A stretch of 64,000 bases of DNA from Schizochytrium sp. TIO01 (taxonomy: Eukaryota > Protista > Bigyra: Labyrinthulomycetes): the NCBI GenBank assembly GCA_004764695.1, contig SMSO01000035.1, positions 4,414,040-4,478,039 on the forward strand. The letters run 5' to 3'. How positions within the stretch are numbered: position 1 is the first letter of the stretch; each line of letters begins with the position of its first letter. Positions 1 to 11,324 of this stretch are shown piece after piece. The position numbers and the translations under genes were made by a program. Under the pieces are notes generated by a model. The model worked only from the letters and a program-made list of their open reading frames with translations. It was not told the origin of the DNA and made no database searches.

Positions 1-12
1 ACACTCTCGTGG

Positions 13-2649
13 ATGCAGCACTTACCCGAAGAAATGCCTTCGTCTTCCACTTCTTCACGTTTAGCAAATGGAACAACAGCAGTTGGCCGATCTCGAACGA
101 CTCGCTCGACTTTGACATCGTCGCGGAATGCCAACAGCAGTGATCGGCGATTGAGATCCTCGTCTCGACTTAGCGAAACTAACAACAATAGTAATGGCCC
201 CGTGTTCTCAAATCCAGCAGCGAACACTCACCAAATGATGCCCCAACACCAGGATGAAGTCTCGCGAGACTCCCTTGTCTCGGAAGCTGACGGACTCTTC
301 AGCTCAGATGAGCACCCTGATGCGTCAAATTCCTCTTTTCAAAGTACCAGTACAAACGATCTCATCGTGAAGATATTAGAAAAGGGACCACGTGCTCAGG
401 AGAAACTTTTACATGCTGTACAATTTATGCAAAATGCGAATAATCAGGAGGTACAACCTGAGGCCGTCGCAAACGCTCGTACACTAGCACAGGAACTCTC
501 GAGGTACAACCACCAGCACCGACAACAACGCTGCCAACAGCAGCAACAGCAGCAGCAGCAGCAGCAACAACAACCACACTCTACTTCACAACGCCCCCAA
601 AAACGGAAGGACAGGCCATCTGGAAACCCAAATGTTTCCACTTTGTCCAATCAGGCTGGGGTATCAAAGCGCAAGCGAGACAGGCTCCCTGTTGCCACTC
701 ACAACTTGATAGGCGTACATCGTCACATGCACGAGGGTGTGAGCGAGTTTGGTGATGGAGTTCTCATTACGATGCGTCGCCGCGAACAGCATAATCGCCC
801 AGACGTAGCCTATCTTGAGAACCAGGCCAACCTAACCCGTGACATGCGAGCGACTCTGTTTGACTGGATGTTCGAAGTTGGCCAAGAATTTGTGCTTAAC
901 CGAGAGACCTTGCATACTGCTCTCACATTTGTGGATCGCTACCTATCACGCGCGCACCATGTAGCTCGTCGCAAGTTACAGCTCGTTGGTGTCACTGCAC
1001 TTTGGCTTGCTGCGAAAGGCAAAGAAGTGTACCCGCCACGCGCCAAGGAGTTTGCTTACACTACGGATCGAGCCTACGAGACTTCTCACATGGTCGAAAT
1101 GGAGATGGACATGCTTACCAAACTGGAATGGGTTCTTGATCCCATTACACCCTACCTTTGGGTCGACTGGTATCTTCATGAACTTTTCTATTATACTTGC
1201 CTTGATGAAAAGGAAGCCAAAAACAACCAATGCCAGCCACATGATGAAAAAGCAACTGGAACTGCGGTTGTTGGTGTGAAGCGAACTCACTCAATGCGCC
1301 AAGCTTCTTCTTCTTCTTCCACCTCCTCCTCCTCTTTAGCATCAACTTCAAACGTTGCTTCAGCATTGTCCACAATGAACACCCGAGCAAGCACTCGCAA
1401 TATCGCGGGCTCGACACGCACAAGCCGCAACACGCGTGCGCGCAACGGATTGGAACCGTGCTGCGCCGACGCGGAGGCTCCGAGCACCCGATCTGAATCC
1501 CATCTTGCTGGCTTCACTGACGATAACACCACCAACAACAATCATAGCAACAACGTGGTTAAGTCCCAGCAGCAGGAGCGGGACGAAAAGACCAAATTTT
1601 ACATGGCGAGCACGCGCGTCCCAATCGTAATATTCTCGCGCATCATGGAGATTATTGACACCGCACTGCTCGACATGAACTCGCTCCATTTTCTGCCTTC
1701 AGCCTTGGCGGCCACGGCAGTCGCACATGTTATTCAAGAAATGAACATTGCTGACATGGGACAAATTGAGCGGGTCACCGGCTACTCCGAAGGCGAACTG
1801 CTCTTGTGCAGGGACTGGATGTCTTTTGCCTTTGAGCTGCCTCCGAACGAGTCGCCGAACCATCCTAAGCATAAGCACATCCTCCATTTTTACGAGGACC
1901 GCGACCTGCACTGTATTCAGCGTCATAACGGAAAATCTTTGGGTTTGTACAAGAACCATGCACCACAATTCGATATCATGACACAAGCAACGGCACCCGT
2001 ATCAAGTGCACAGTGGTCTAACCATGGCACTATGACAAACTCTCCGCTTGATGCCGTGGAAAATAGCCTCGATAATGCCGATATCTCCGCCTCCTTCCAA
2101 CGAGAGCGAACCAACGCATCATTCGTGCCCCCAACCCCGCAACAGGAGCGCTTTGCAGCAGCAGCCACTGGAAAGGTACAACAATCTGGTAGCAGGGCAT
2201 CTCGCCGTGGAGCTGCCTCGCGGAGGCGCGCTCGCGATCCGCCTACACTGGTGCTGGATGCATCCTTTACTTCTGTGGATTCCTCAGCGTCTGGCACATC
2301 TATGGCCTCATCTTCGTCAACCATGATTGATGCTACAATGTCTAGTGAGGCTTCTCCCCCTACTCTTCTGTCTGCGGTAGAGGAGGCTTCCAACGAACTC
2401 GATGATGATGAATTGCGTTACAGCCGAAGTTCGCGTCGTAGACGCACTAGTAGCAGTACCAGAAGCCGCAGCCGTAGCAGCAGCAACAACAATACTATCA
2501 TTGGAGCTACTAGGGGCAGCGGGTCAACGGTTCTCGAGGCAACCCGTACTTCATTTTCCATGGACCATGATGATCTTGATGAGGAAATTGGCAATCTCTC
2601 ACAGGCGGATGATATCCTTATTGATCTTGAGTCTAATGAGACATTGTAA
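13..2649 (+). CDS. Cyclin (cyclin E-like), 878 aa with long low-complexity N- and C-terminal regions; may start upstream of the window
   Basis: Cyclin box MRATLFDWMFEV..LNRETLHTALTFVDRYL..LQLVGVTALWLAAK..EVYPP..EFAYTTD..EMEMDMLTKLEWVLDP; second box IDTALLDMNSLHFLPSALAATAV. The frame is open from position 1. Confidence 0.9.
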   Translation: MQHLPEEMPSSSTSSRLANGTTAVGRSRTTRSTLTSSRNANSSDRRLRSSSRLSETNNNSNGPVFSNPAANTHQMMPQHQDEVSRDSLVSEADGLFSSDEHPDASNSSFQSTSTNDLIVKILEKGPRAQEKLLHAVQFMQNANNQEVQPEAVANARTLAQELSRYNHQHRQQRCQQQQQQQQQQQQQPHSTSQRPQKRKDRPSGNPNVSTLSNQAGVSKRKRDRLPVATHNLIGVHRHMHEGVSEFGDGVLITMRRREQHNRPDVAYLENQANLTRDMRATLFDWMFEVGQEFVLNRETLHTALTFVDRYLSRAHHVARRKLQLVGVTALWLAAKGKEVYPPRAKEFAYTTDRAYETSHMVEMEMDMLTKLEWVLDPITPYLWVDWYLHELFYYTCLDEKEAKNNQCQPHDEKATGTAVVGVKRTHSMRQASSSSSTSSSSLASTSNVASALSTMNTRASTRNIAGSTRTSRNTRARNGLEPCCADAEAPSTRSESHLAGFTDDNTTNNNHSNNVVKSQQQERDEKTKFYMASTRVPIVIFSRIMEIIDTALLDMNSLHFLPSALAATAVAHVIQEMNIADMGQIERVTGYSEGELLLCRDWMSFAFELPPNESPNHPKHKHILHFYEDRDLHCIQRHNGKSLGLYKNHAPQFDIMTQATAPVSSAQWSNHGTMTNSPLDAVENSLDNADISASFQRERTNASFVPPTPQQERFAAAATGKVQQSGSRASRRGAASRRRARDPPTLVLDASFTSVDSSASGTSMASSSSTMIDATMSSEASPPTLLSAVEEASNELDDDELRYSRSSRRRRTSSSTRSRSRSSSNNNTIIGATRGSGSTVLEATRTSFSMDHDDLDEEIGNLSQADDILIDLESNETL
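535..573 (+). repeat. CAG/CAA trinucleotide tract encoding polyglutamine in the cyclin
   Basis: caacagcagcaacagcagcagcagcagcagcaacaacaa. Confidence 0.9.
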
Positions 2650-3903
2650 TCGATCTGGTTGCTCAAGGTCTGTTTGGTTGCAAATGGTGAGAACCATTCT
2701 GCAATACTTTTTCAACTTTCGTTTGCTCGCCTGATCCTCGGCTGACCTTTTTTAAAAAAAAGGGCTTTCAAAAGACAGACCTTTAGTTCTTCAAGATATA
2801 GGTGTATGATACACTTTTTCTTCTGGCAAACCACTCGCTCATTTCATGGATTGAGCTGAGCTGATCTTATGTCGATGGCTGTTGACTTTCTGTCTGTCTC
2901 GGATGCCTCTCTATTTCTCTTGTTTTCGTTTCCGTGTGTTTGTGTCTGTATCTGGTCAAGTCATTGCATGCCTACAAAATATCTGATCCTCAAAAGCTCT
3001 TGGTATCACGTCATCTGGAATGTGTAGCGTGGGCAACGCAATGTAATGGTCAAAAGCTACAAATTACGGAATCTACCCTTTCCTGTACATTCTGCCTCCT
3101 TTGTTCAAGAACATGATCAAACAAGAAAAGCACCAACTTGCATAGGCTCATATTATGAAATGGCCTCTGTTTGTAGGAAGTAGTCTTTTCTGCCTTTAGA
3201 GTTTGGCTTTGTTCTTATGGAGGAAAAAATAATACCAGGACATGCGCCCTCGCGAAACGCACAATTTGCCAAGACGAATATATGGTAACTCTCTTCGTCT
3301 GGAGAACTTCTGTTTGCAGTTGACGACTCCTTTTGTGTTCAGTATCAAAATTTATGTACCTGCATATTTGCTGTCAATTAATCAGTCAACTACACAGCGC
3401 TCTCTTTAATGAGTGGGCTTGCTATCAGTTATTGTTGATGACAAATGATTCTTTGCCAGATTCCTTGTTGCACCTTAAGGTTAACATTTTTTCAAAATTA
3501 AGATAAGCAAAATCTTACCCTCTTTCTTTTTTCTTCTTCTTCTTTTTCTAAATTTGAAAAACTCTTTTCGAAAGTGAATGAATGCTCTTGTGCTCATCAA
3601 GTTGGATTTTTTGTGGGATATGTCCAACAAGTCATCGCGTGGCTTATCTGTTTTGGCCTTGCACTTTTTGAAGACCTGACAGTATAATGTGATAGAATGG
3701 AACCTTGAAGAAAGTTCGAACGTTTGAAGAAATGACCTCTTTCGAGTCGGATCTTCGTGTTGAATCAATGATTTCTGTTTCTAAACTGTGAGAGTTGTCA
3801 AAGGAGGGGTCAAAAGATATTTTATGCTCTTTTGATTTTAACCAAAATATAGCGCCATATTTTAGGACTACAATTGAAAGAGTAAAGAAATAAAAAACGG
3901 GCT

Positions 3904-3939
3904 TTATTATTATTTATTATTATTATTATTATTATTATT
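3904..3939. repeat. (TTA)n microsatellite
   Basis: ttattattatttattattattattattattattatt. Confidence 0.9.
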
Positions 3940-4748
3940 TTAAATATTTGCTACTTCTATGAATGATATTATTAATAGTAATAATAAAGCTGATTATTTC
4001 TCCAGTTGATCATCCATATCAATCCCTCGCTCACTTCTACACTCCCTCGCTCACTCGAACGAAGACCCATTCGAGTAAGGCAAGAAGCTTGTTGAAGCAG
4101 AGGGTCGCGTGGCAAACGGCGCATGATAATATTCACTTACCTAAGATCTCCGAAAGAGTTTCAAGTATATTAAAAAATATGTTTCTACTAGTTATAGTGA
4201 TGTCTTCGGAAGAAAGAACACACCATGCCTATGATCAGATTTTGCTTACGTTGGTGATGCTTTTTTGTACCCAATCACGTCGTACGCCCTCTTTGTGTTT
4301 TGGCATGAACTGGAAGAGATGAAAACAGCCTGGAAGTTCAAGGTAAATTGACAGCTTTTCGTAGGTAACATCTGGAATCTCAGCTGTAAGCTTACTTGTA
4401 ATCGAACAGTTACAAGAAGGATTTGGTGCTGAAGCGGGTGATTGCAAGAGAAGATCTTTTGTACCTATAGCAACTGTTATATTTGGTTTTGCTTTACAGA
4501 GATGCGTTATCCTAATGTACGCTGTAATGTTTTTGCAAATGAGACTTTCTCAAGGCAGTCTAGCTAAGGACAACTCCGTGCCTATTGAGTGAGCGGGGAA
4601 AAAAGTTCACCAAAACATAGCGCGGGCGAGTACGAGAGAAAGCAAGAGCCGTCTTCAATAAAACCTTCTGCCGGTGCACTCACAACCTGACCGCATAGTA
4701 TCAAAGTAGGTTGGCAGCCTTTAGATCTTCGTAGATAGTAACACATCA

Positions 4749-5753
4749 TTAGAAGCCGTACTTCTTGCCAGCATTAGCACGTGCTTGTTTTTCGCGAGCC
4801 CACATCTTCTGAAGATCTCCCTCGTTTTGTTGCGCATCGAGGGCTATAGACATGAGCTGGTGTTTGCGTTTCATGGTGCCTGTAACGTGACGCGCGTCGA
4901 TGGAAGCGCCCGCCACTGCCGTTGTCCTTACTGGGTCAAGGCTCCTGTCAGCATCAGCCTTCTCCCTAACGGCCTTAGCATGGGCCTTAACATTGTCTGC
5001 GCTTAGTGATGTGACGTTGACTTCCGCTGCATCAAGACTTCTACCTTCACTCAAAAGCTGGCGAATCTTTCTATCAGAAGCACGAGCTGTCGTTACGCTG
5101 TCATCGCCTGTATCCTCGTCCTCAAACCCTTGGGAAAAGGCTAAAGCCGCTCCGTATTGGGCGTCTGCATCGAATGAGGGCGCCTGAGGTCCATGTGCCG
5201 ACGAATTTAAGCCTGAGCTAGATGCACTGAATTGAGAATCCTGCGCCATCACATTGGCACTTGCATCTTCCTCGTCCCAGAGCGACGACAATTTCCCCAG
5301 CGTGGGGTTCTTGTGGATATCATCGTCATAATCCTCCTCATCAGAGAATCCATCATCATCGTCGCTGTTCTTGTTTAAATCGACTGGAGCCTCGATGAGA
5401 GGGAGTCCTCCTTCGGGCGGCTCCAGTGACTTGTGTTTCCTGCCTTTGCCTTTGCTCTTCTTGTGCTTTTTCTTGTCCTTCTTTATCTTTTGTTTCTTCT
5501 GCTCTGTGTTAGCATCGTCCCCGGGCGCCTCTGCCCTCAGTTCTTCTTTCCCCGCTAGAATTGCTGCGCTCTGCGAGGCGCCTGGGGCTGTTGCGCCTGC
5601 CTCTGTTTTCGCGTCATGTCCAGTTTCACCACCTGCCTTTGAGATCGGGAGGAGGCTCTGTTGCAGATCAGCTTGCTGTTGTTGCTGCTCCTGCTCCTCC
5701 TCGCGGTCGCTGTCCTCGTCCTCCGAAGAGGCGTACGCCACGATGCCTGCCAT
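4749..5753 (-). CDS. PRCC: PRCC-family spliceosome/mitotic-checkpoint-associated protein
   Basis: N-terminus MAGIVAYASSEDE and C-terminus KRKHQLMSIALDAQQNEGDLQKMWAREKQARANAGKKYGF match the PRCC termini (LVAYASS...; RKHQITYL...KYGF). First ATG is at 5753. Confidence 0.8.
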   Translation of the reverse strand: MAGIVAYASSEDEDSDREEEQEQQQQQADLQQSLLPISKAGGETGHDAKTEAGATAPGASQSAAILAGKEELRAEAPGDDANTEQKKQKIKKDKKKHKKSKGKGRKHKSLEPPEGGLPLIEAPVDLNKNSDDDDGFSDEEDYDDDIHKNPTLGKLSSLWDEEDASANVMAQDSQFSASSSGLNSSAHGPQAPSFDADAQYGAALAFSQGFEDEDTGDDSVTTARASDRKIRQLLSEGRSLDAAEVNVTSLSADNVKAHAKAVREKADADRSLDPVRTTAVAGASIDARHVTGTMKRKHQLMSIALDAQQNEGDLQKMWAREKQARANAGKKYGF

Positions 5754-6044
5754 TCTCACGCGCACGAGTTTTCGAAGGACCTCTGCTCTTCTTCAATTTC
5801 TTCTTCCCTTTCCTTGCGATCCCCATTCTCATTTTTTATTTTGAGATATGATATCATTAAAAAAATAATAATAACTTTTCCATCGTGTGAGATTACCCTC
5901 ATAACATTACGACTTTTGGCGTCAAGAAAACTATTGTTACAAAGGCAAATCCAAGACGACTTGGCGATTTTGAGAGCGCAGCCACTTGCACCAATGCCTT
6001 GGGGCGTTCCATTAAGGGCGATTAGAATACGTTACGTGTTCAGA

Positions 6045-7180
6045 TCATGACTTCAAGCCTTGCCACGGCTCCCATGGAGACAGCGAGAACTGCCTCGTGA
6101 AGGTGAGGTCATTTTTGCCGCAGGCTCGCGCACAGAAGAAGTCACGCTGCGATTGCTTTGCAGAAACTCTACAACGCCCCGCTTTATTAATCCCTTGGCG
6201 TGGAAAACCTGCAATAATGCCTTGCAAGACGCATCTCGAACCCAGAACCAACGCGAGTTCTGATTCACCTCGGCCCCGTAATGCGTGCACGTGCGTGTAC
6301 AAGGCCAACGTCTCGCGGGACTTGCAGCAGAGGCAGCAATTCCATAAACTTCCCGCCGATTGCCAGCTGCTGCCAGCAGGTCTCGAGCCATTTGGCCATG
6401 ACCTGAAGTCCTCCACGAGGTCGCCGTCGCCGTCGCGGTCGCCTTGGGCCAGCCTTGGGCTCCGCCCGCTGCCTCGCATCACGCTCGTGAGCGGCCAAGT
6501 TGGAGCACGCTACTGGCGCAGGAAGCACTGCATTGGCCGGCGCCTCCTACCTGCCTTCCCAAGATGTCCCGTACGTGCGTGTGCCACCAGGAGGCCACCG
6601 CAGACGCCGACATCGAGGCCAATAAATGCTCTGCGAAAGCTTCTGTGCGTGCCGGACTCCTTGGCGTGTTCGGGTCCTGTCTGTGCACGCGGAGAAGAAG
6701 AACTCAGGATGGCTGTGCGGCACGCTTTGATCCTCGTGGTGGCAAATGCTGCTCACGAGGCTTTGTTAATTCCCGAGCGGTGGTTCCTATTTGGAGACTC
6801 GTGTGGTGGCGGCGGAGTCACTCAGAATCACAACTAGTCTAGCATCGCTTTGGCTGCGCCTGCATTCGCATAAACAACCTCATCGAGCACGGGCAGGCTC
6901 TCTAAGCGAGCTTTATTTATGCTCTTCATGAAAGCCTGCACGTGCTGCACGTGACCGCATTGTGAGACGATGTGCTGATTGATAGCACAGTTGCCACGCG
7001 CCGCGAGCCAGCGCCGGCACTTGAGCTGATGTCGCAGCATGATATAAAACTGTGTTGAGGTAGTCGGAGGGGGCATCGGCTACGAGCACTGAAACCATTG
7101 AGGAGGACGAGTATCCACTTGCACTCTCGCAAACGCTTATGACGAGCGTGTGATTGTCTCTATTGTTGGAGGTGTGTCTC
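6045..7180 (-). pseudogene. GC-rich, coding-like segment broken into short ORFs in alternating frames; possible pseudogene or element relic, family unknown
   Basis: GC-rich island in AT-rich flanks; protein-like pieces in successive minus frames (HVQAFMKSINKARLESLPVLDEVVY / AFAEHLLASMS / VMAKWLETCWQQLAIGGKFMELLPLLQ / CKALLQVFHAKGLIKRGVVEFL). No motif recognised. Confidence 0.3.
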
Positions 7181-8231
7181 ATTGTAAAAGATGCCTTTTG
7201 TATGACTAAATAAACATCATCAAATAGATTAGATGTAGTATGTATAGTAAAACAGGCCGAAATGAAGCTGGCGCATACTTGGAGAGGGAGGCGGTGGAAT
7301 TCAAGAAATGAACCAGGCTTTTTGATAGAAAATCAAGACTCTCGTACGCTTAGTACCTACTGAGAAAAAAGTAACCAAGTGGAGGATTAAGGCTGATCCT
7401 GCGATTAATAAGTAGAGTAAAAATATGGTGGAGAGTTCATTTCAATCTTTTTGATGATGTATTCAAGGGACACGATGACCTAATTGCTAGAAAGGTCAAG
7501 GCAAGACAAGTGCCAAAAATTCCAGTTTCATCTTGCGATCATTTTATTGAAAGTGTGGTTCTGCTTTCATGATTACGATCGTTCTAATTTCTTTTCGTTT
7601 TCAACTTTTTTTTTGTTTTTTGTTTTTGGCAAGCCTAAAGCAGATACGCGGGCTCAGAAGTCTGAAAGAACGATCAGTACAATTCGAACTAGATTACGCC
7701 TACTTTTAAAGTTGCATCGAAATGTCAAAAATAGCAACGGTCAACCAGCATATTTTTCAATTCCTACCGCACAAAGTGAAGTTTTGATCGTTCGCGCCGT
7801 AGCAAAAAGCCATGTTCCAAAATATGAAGATTAAATGATAATTTACTACTGAATCATATTCAATACTGGACTCAGCGGCGTTTATCTAAAAGGGTTCATT
7901 CCCTTTCGTATCGCTTTTCAGGCTCTATCTGTTCTGAGCCGTCGAAGTTCTGACAAGTTTGAGCCTCCTTCCATGCCCAGTTCCAGGGACTAACGAATGA
8001 TGTCTTTCTGTTAAAGGATTTTAATTTTAAAAACACATTTTAGAAAGAATAATTGTTTTAAAATTTTAAAAATAATTGAGAAAGAAAAAAAAAATTGAGT
8101 CGAAAATGGCAAAAAGCAGAGTTAAAAAATGTTTTTAGACCTGAAGTTAAACGCTTTGATTGATTTATTGATTGATTGATTGAAAGGAAAAAGAGAGAAT
8201 TGGATTGCGACCAAATCGATGCCGGCCTCTC

Positions 8232-8283
8232 AAGCTGTCGCATTCTATAACTCCACAAAGCTGTCGCATTCTATAACTCCACA
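8232..8283. repeat. Perfect tandem duplication of a 26-bp unit (aagctgtcgcattctataactccaca x2)
   Basis: Two adjacent identical copies read directly. Confidence 0.85.
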
Positions 8284-8692
8284 TACGCTGCTTTCTTGGT
8301 GGTAGGATGTGATAGTCTTCTCAACGTTGTGCGTTTTCGCAAATTCCATGAATTTCCCAGGCTCACGCATTGCCACGTATACGACGCAAGCGACGCTCCT
8401 GCGAGCAATCATAACACTAAGCTGGAAACCCGAACAAGATTCGAGCACCTCGCATAATTTGCAGACAGAAGACCTAAGCAAAGGCAGAAGCGAATCGGCC
8501 GCAGAGATATTTTGCACATGATGGTAAATCAATGCAAAGGCCATGTTGGATCTGAGTGCACTTCCGTCGCGCGTCTTTTCGATCTGCGAGTTTGAGCAGA
8601 CTTTATATACTGCTACTGCTCTCTTATGATGACGACGATAGCAAACTTGGCCTGAGTAACTATTTATAAGCAGAACAAGCGGCAATGCGACC

Positions 8693-8721
8693 CTGATGCA
8701 TTGAGTCACTCAATGCATCAG
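8693..8721. repeat. Perfect 14-bp inverted repeat with 1-nt centre
   Basis: ctgatgcattgagt-c-actcaatgcatcag. Confidence 0.9.
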
Positions 8722-11273
8722 CTTTGCTTTGGCGAATGCGCGAGCAATTGAAGGCTCAGGGCAATCAAGTCAAACCTTCGTAGGGGTCGTTGGGTGCGTG
8801 GACCCACGGGTCTTGCCGAATTGTCTATCGCACACTCTGCAGCATTGAGGCACCAATTGCCAACAATGATGTAGGAAATGTAGTTCATGCTCCTCGAATT
8901 TCGAGACGCTGTGGCTTACACAAGTCTTCTCAAGGCTGAGGCGTGAAGAACCCTTGGGCAAAGCAGACAGTCCTCTCGGAGCAGACAGATTGCATGTAAA
9001 TTAGATGAGGCGATCGACCTCTGGCTACGAAAGCGAAGGCTTCTGTGCGTGGAGTGTTAGAACGACATTTGGGGCAGGGTGTTCGTTTTCTGCACTCCAC
9101 GAGGCAAAGCGTAGAAAGCGAATGAATGCCTTCTCAACTCGACTCAACTCGGTTCAACTCGATCCACGAGATCGAAGTTGTTAAACCTTCGCCTGCGGTC
9201 GAGGGATTAGAAGGCTTACCTTCTTAGTTTGATAACGTTGATAGAAGTAATGTCAGCTCAGAGAGTGGGTGAGTGAGTGTTTCTCAACTACTTGCAGACG
9301 TTCGCAGGCTCCCTATCCATTGCGCCAAGCAGGCCCTTAGCGAACACGCAAGACAACAGATGCGCAAACAGATGAGCAGACAACGCTCGATCTTATGAGC
9401 CGTGTGACCTCCAAAGCGAAGCGCTCCCGGTTCGTGGAAAGAAAGCGGTGTTCTTGCTGCAGCAGTTCTTGCCCTAGAGCAGCTCAGACTGTTGAAGAGA
9501 CTGTTGAGCAGTTTCCAAAACTGGATGGAGATGTCGCTGGAGACTGAAACACCCTCACTGAGCGAGCAGTGAAGAAAGAAGATGATCCCTCACGATCCAT
9601 CCATCGGCCATACATGCCTGTCTCCAGCGCGAAGGCGAAGCAGTCTGCGGAAGAGAGCGAAACTCCTCCTCCGTCTGAGTCGAGAGAAGATCTGGAGACC
9701 CAAACTTCTCGAGAGACCTGGCGTCGCTGAGAGCGGCGTGGTTGAGGGTAGATGTGTAAATGCGGGTTGAAGTGAGCTGCGTGCGATAAGCGAATAAGCG
9801 TCAGGGAGGTGGCGGTAGGGTGCGTAGTCGGTGATTTTATGAAAGCTGCGACATGGATGGTGCGATGTTTGTCGTGATGGAAGAGTTGGCTTTGAGAAAT
9901 GGCAAACTCAAGTGTGTGATGGTTTGGCTTTCGTTCAAGTGGATACTTTTAGTCTTATTGAAAATGCTTTTTTTTTTTGTTTTTCTTCCACTAAATACGA
10001 TTTTTTTTTCACTGCGTTTTTTCCATTAAAAAAAAAAAAACATATTAACTAGAAATCAACTAATTAACTAATTAAAAGTAATATAATAATAGTATAATAA
10101 TTGAAGTTGTAAAAACGAAATAAGAATAATGTTTTGATGTTCATGATGACGCAAGACAAGAAAGAACCCGCAAGGAACTCACTCCACAGACAATCAATCA
10201 ATCATCAGACTGCCAAAAGAGTTGCTTCTTCAAGAACCAAAGCTCCTCAGGATCCTCGTGTCCTTTGCTTAGTCATCAGAGGGATAATTGCTGTCTTCGA
10301 CTTCAAGTTCTTCAAGTTCTCCAGGATTGCTCTGCTGCACCATCTTTGCTTCGTTCCTGCACAAGAAGAGCAATGTAATGTATGTATCAGTCGCGGAGTA
10401 GTCAACAGTCACTCAGTTAGTTTCGATGTGAGCTTTGCAGACGAAACGGTATCTGAGAGGACCAACAACTCATAAAAACGCGCGAAGATTGGACAAAGGG
10501 TTCGAGCAGTGGCATCTTCGAATCCGCAGGTTATCCGCAATCGATCTATGTTCAGAACTGACAAGTTCTTACATAAAGCAAGCCCAATCCTTTCGCTGCG
10601 TTTGCAGATACAGACTGTTCAAGGGACAGCTCGAACGTGAGAAAGCAGAACTCCGCAGGTCCATCCGGTGATCAAGAACCGACGTTGGCATTGCCGTGTA
10701 ATCGAACGAATGGATCATTCGTTGACGGAGTGTTTGTTCTGTCCAAGGTCGTTCGTGGTCTGTGCCACAAAGCAAACCAAGAAGAACCGTGACTCGAAGA
10801 GACAAAGCTAAATAGCCAAAGCAAAACAACAGCGAATGTGCTGACGAACCAACTTTCAAGAACGACTGAATAGCGAGGATTGAAGTTGCAAACCCGACTG
10901 CTCGTGTCACGGAGCGAGGAGATGCGGACTCAGTCAGTGCCTTGCCTCAGTCCTTCTGCGTGGCCTTTATGTGGCTCGACCCGGCGATCTTCAAGATCTG
11001 CGCAGAGAAGAAGTGAAACGTACTTTGATTGATTCATTGATTCATTGATTCATTGATTCATTCATTGACGACACTTGCAATGCAATGATGATGTTTGCAG
11101 AGACGATAGAACTCGAAGAAGGAGCGAAGAAGAGGAAGACCTTTGGGTAAACTGAGGCGGGATCTTGAGATGGCCTGTGGTGGGCGAGCGAGAGCAGTTC
11201 TTGCGCTCAATCGCTGGGATTGATCGCCATCGGTTCGTGCCTCACCCTTCGATCTCCACTCCTTTCATGGCGT

Positions 11274-11324
11274 GTTTGTTTGTTTGTTTGTTTGTTTGTT
11301 TGTTTGTTTGTTTGTTTGTTTGTT
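11274..11324. repeat. (GTTT)n microsatellite; an (ATTGATTC)n tract lies at about 11025-11068
   Basis: Direct inspection. Confidence 0.9.

Noticed and set aside
8245-8709. ORF with faint resemblance to a deaminase C-terminus (VVYVAMREP)
   Set aside because: No HxE or PCxxC motif; too weak to call
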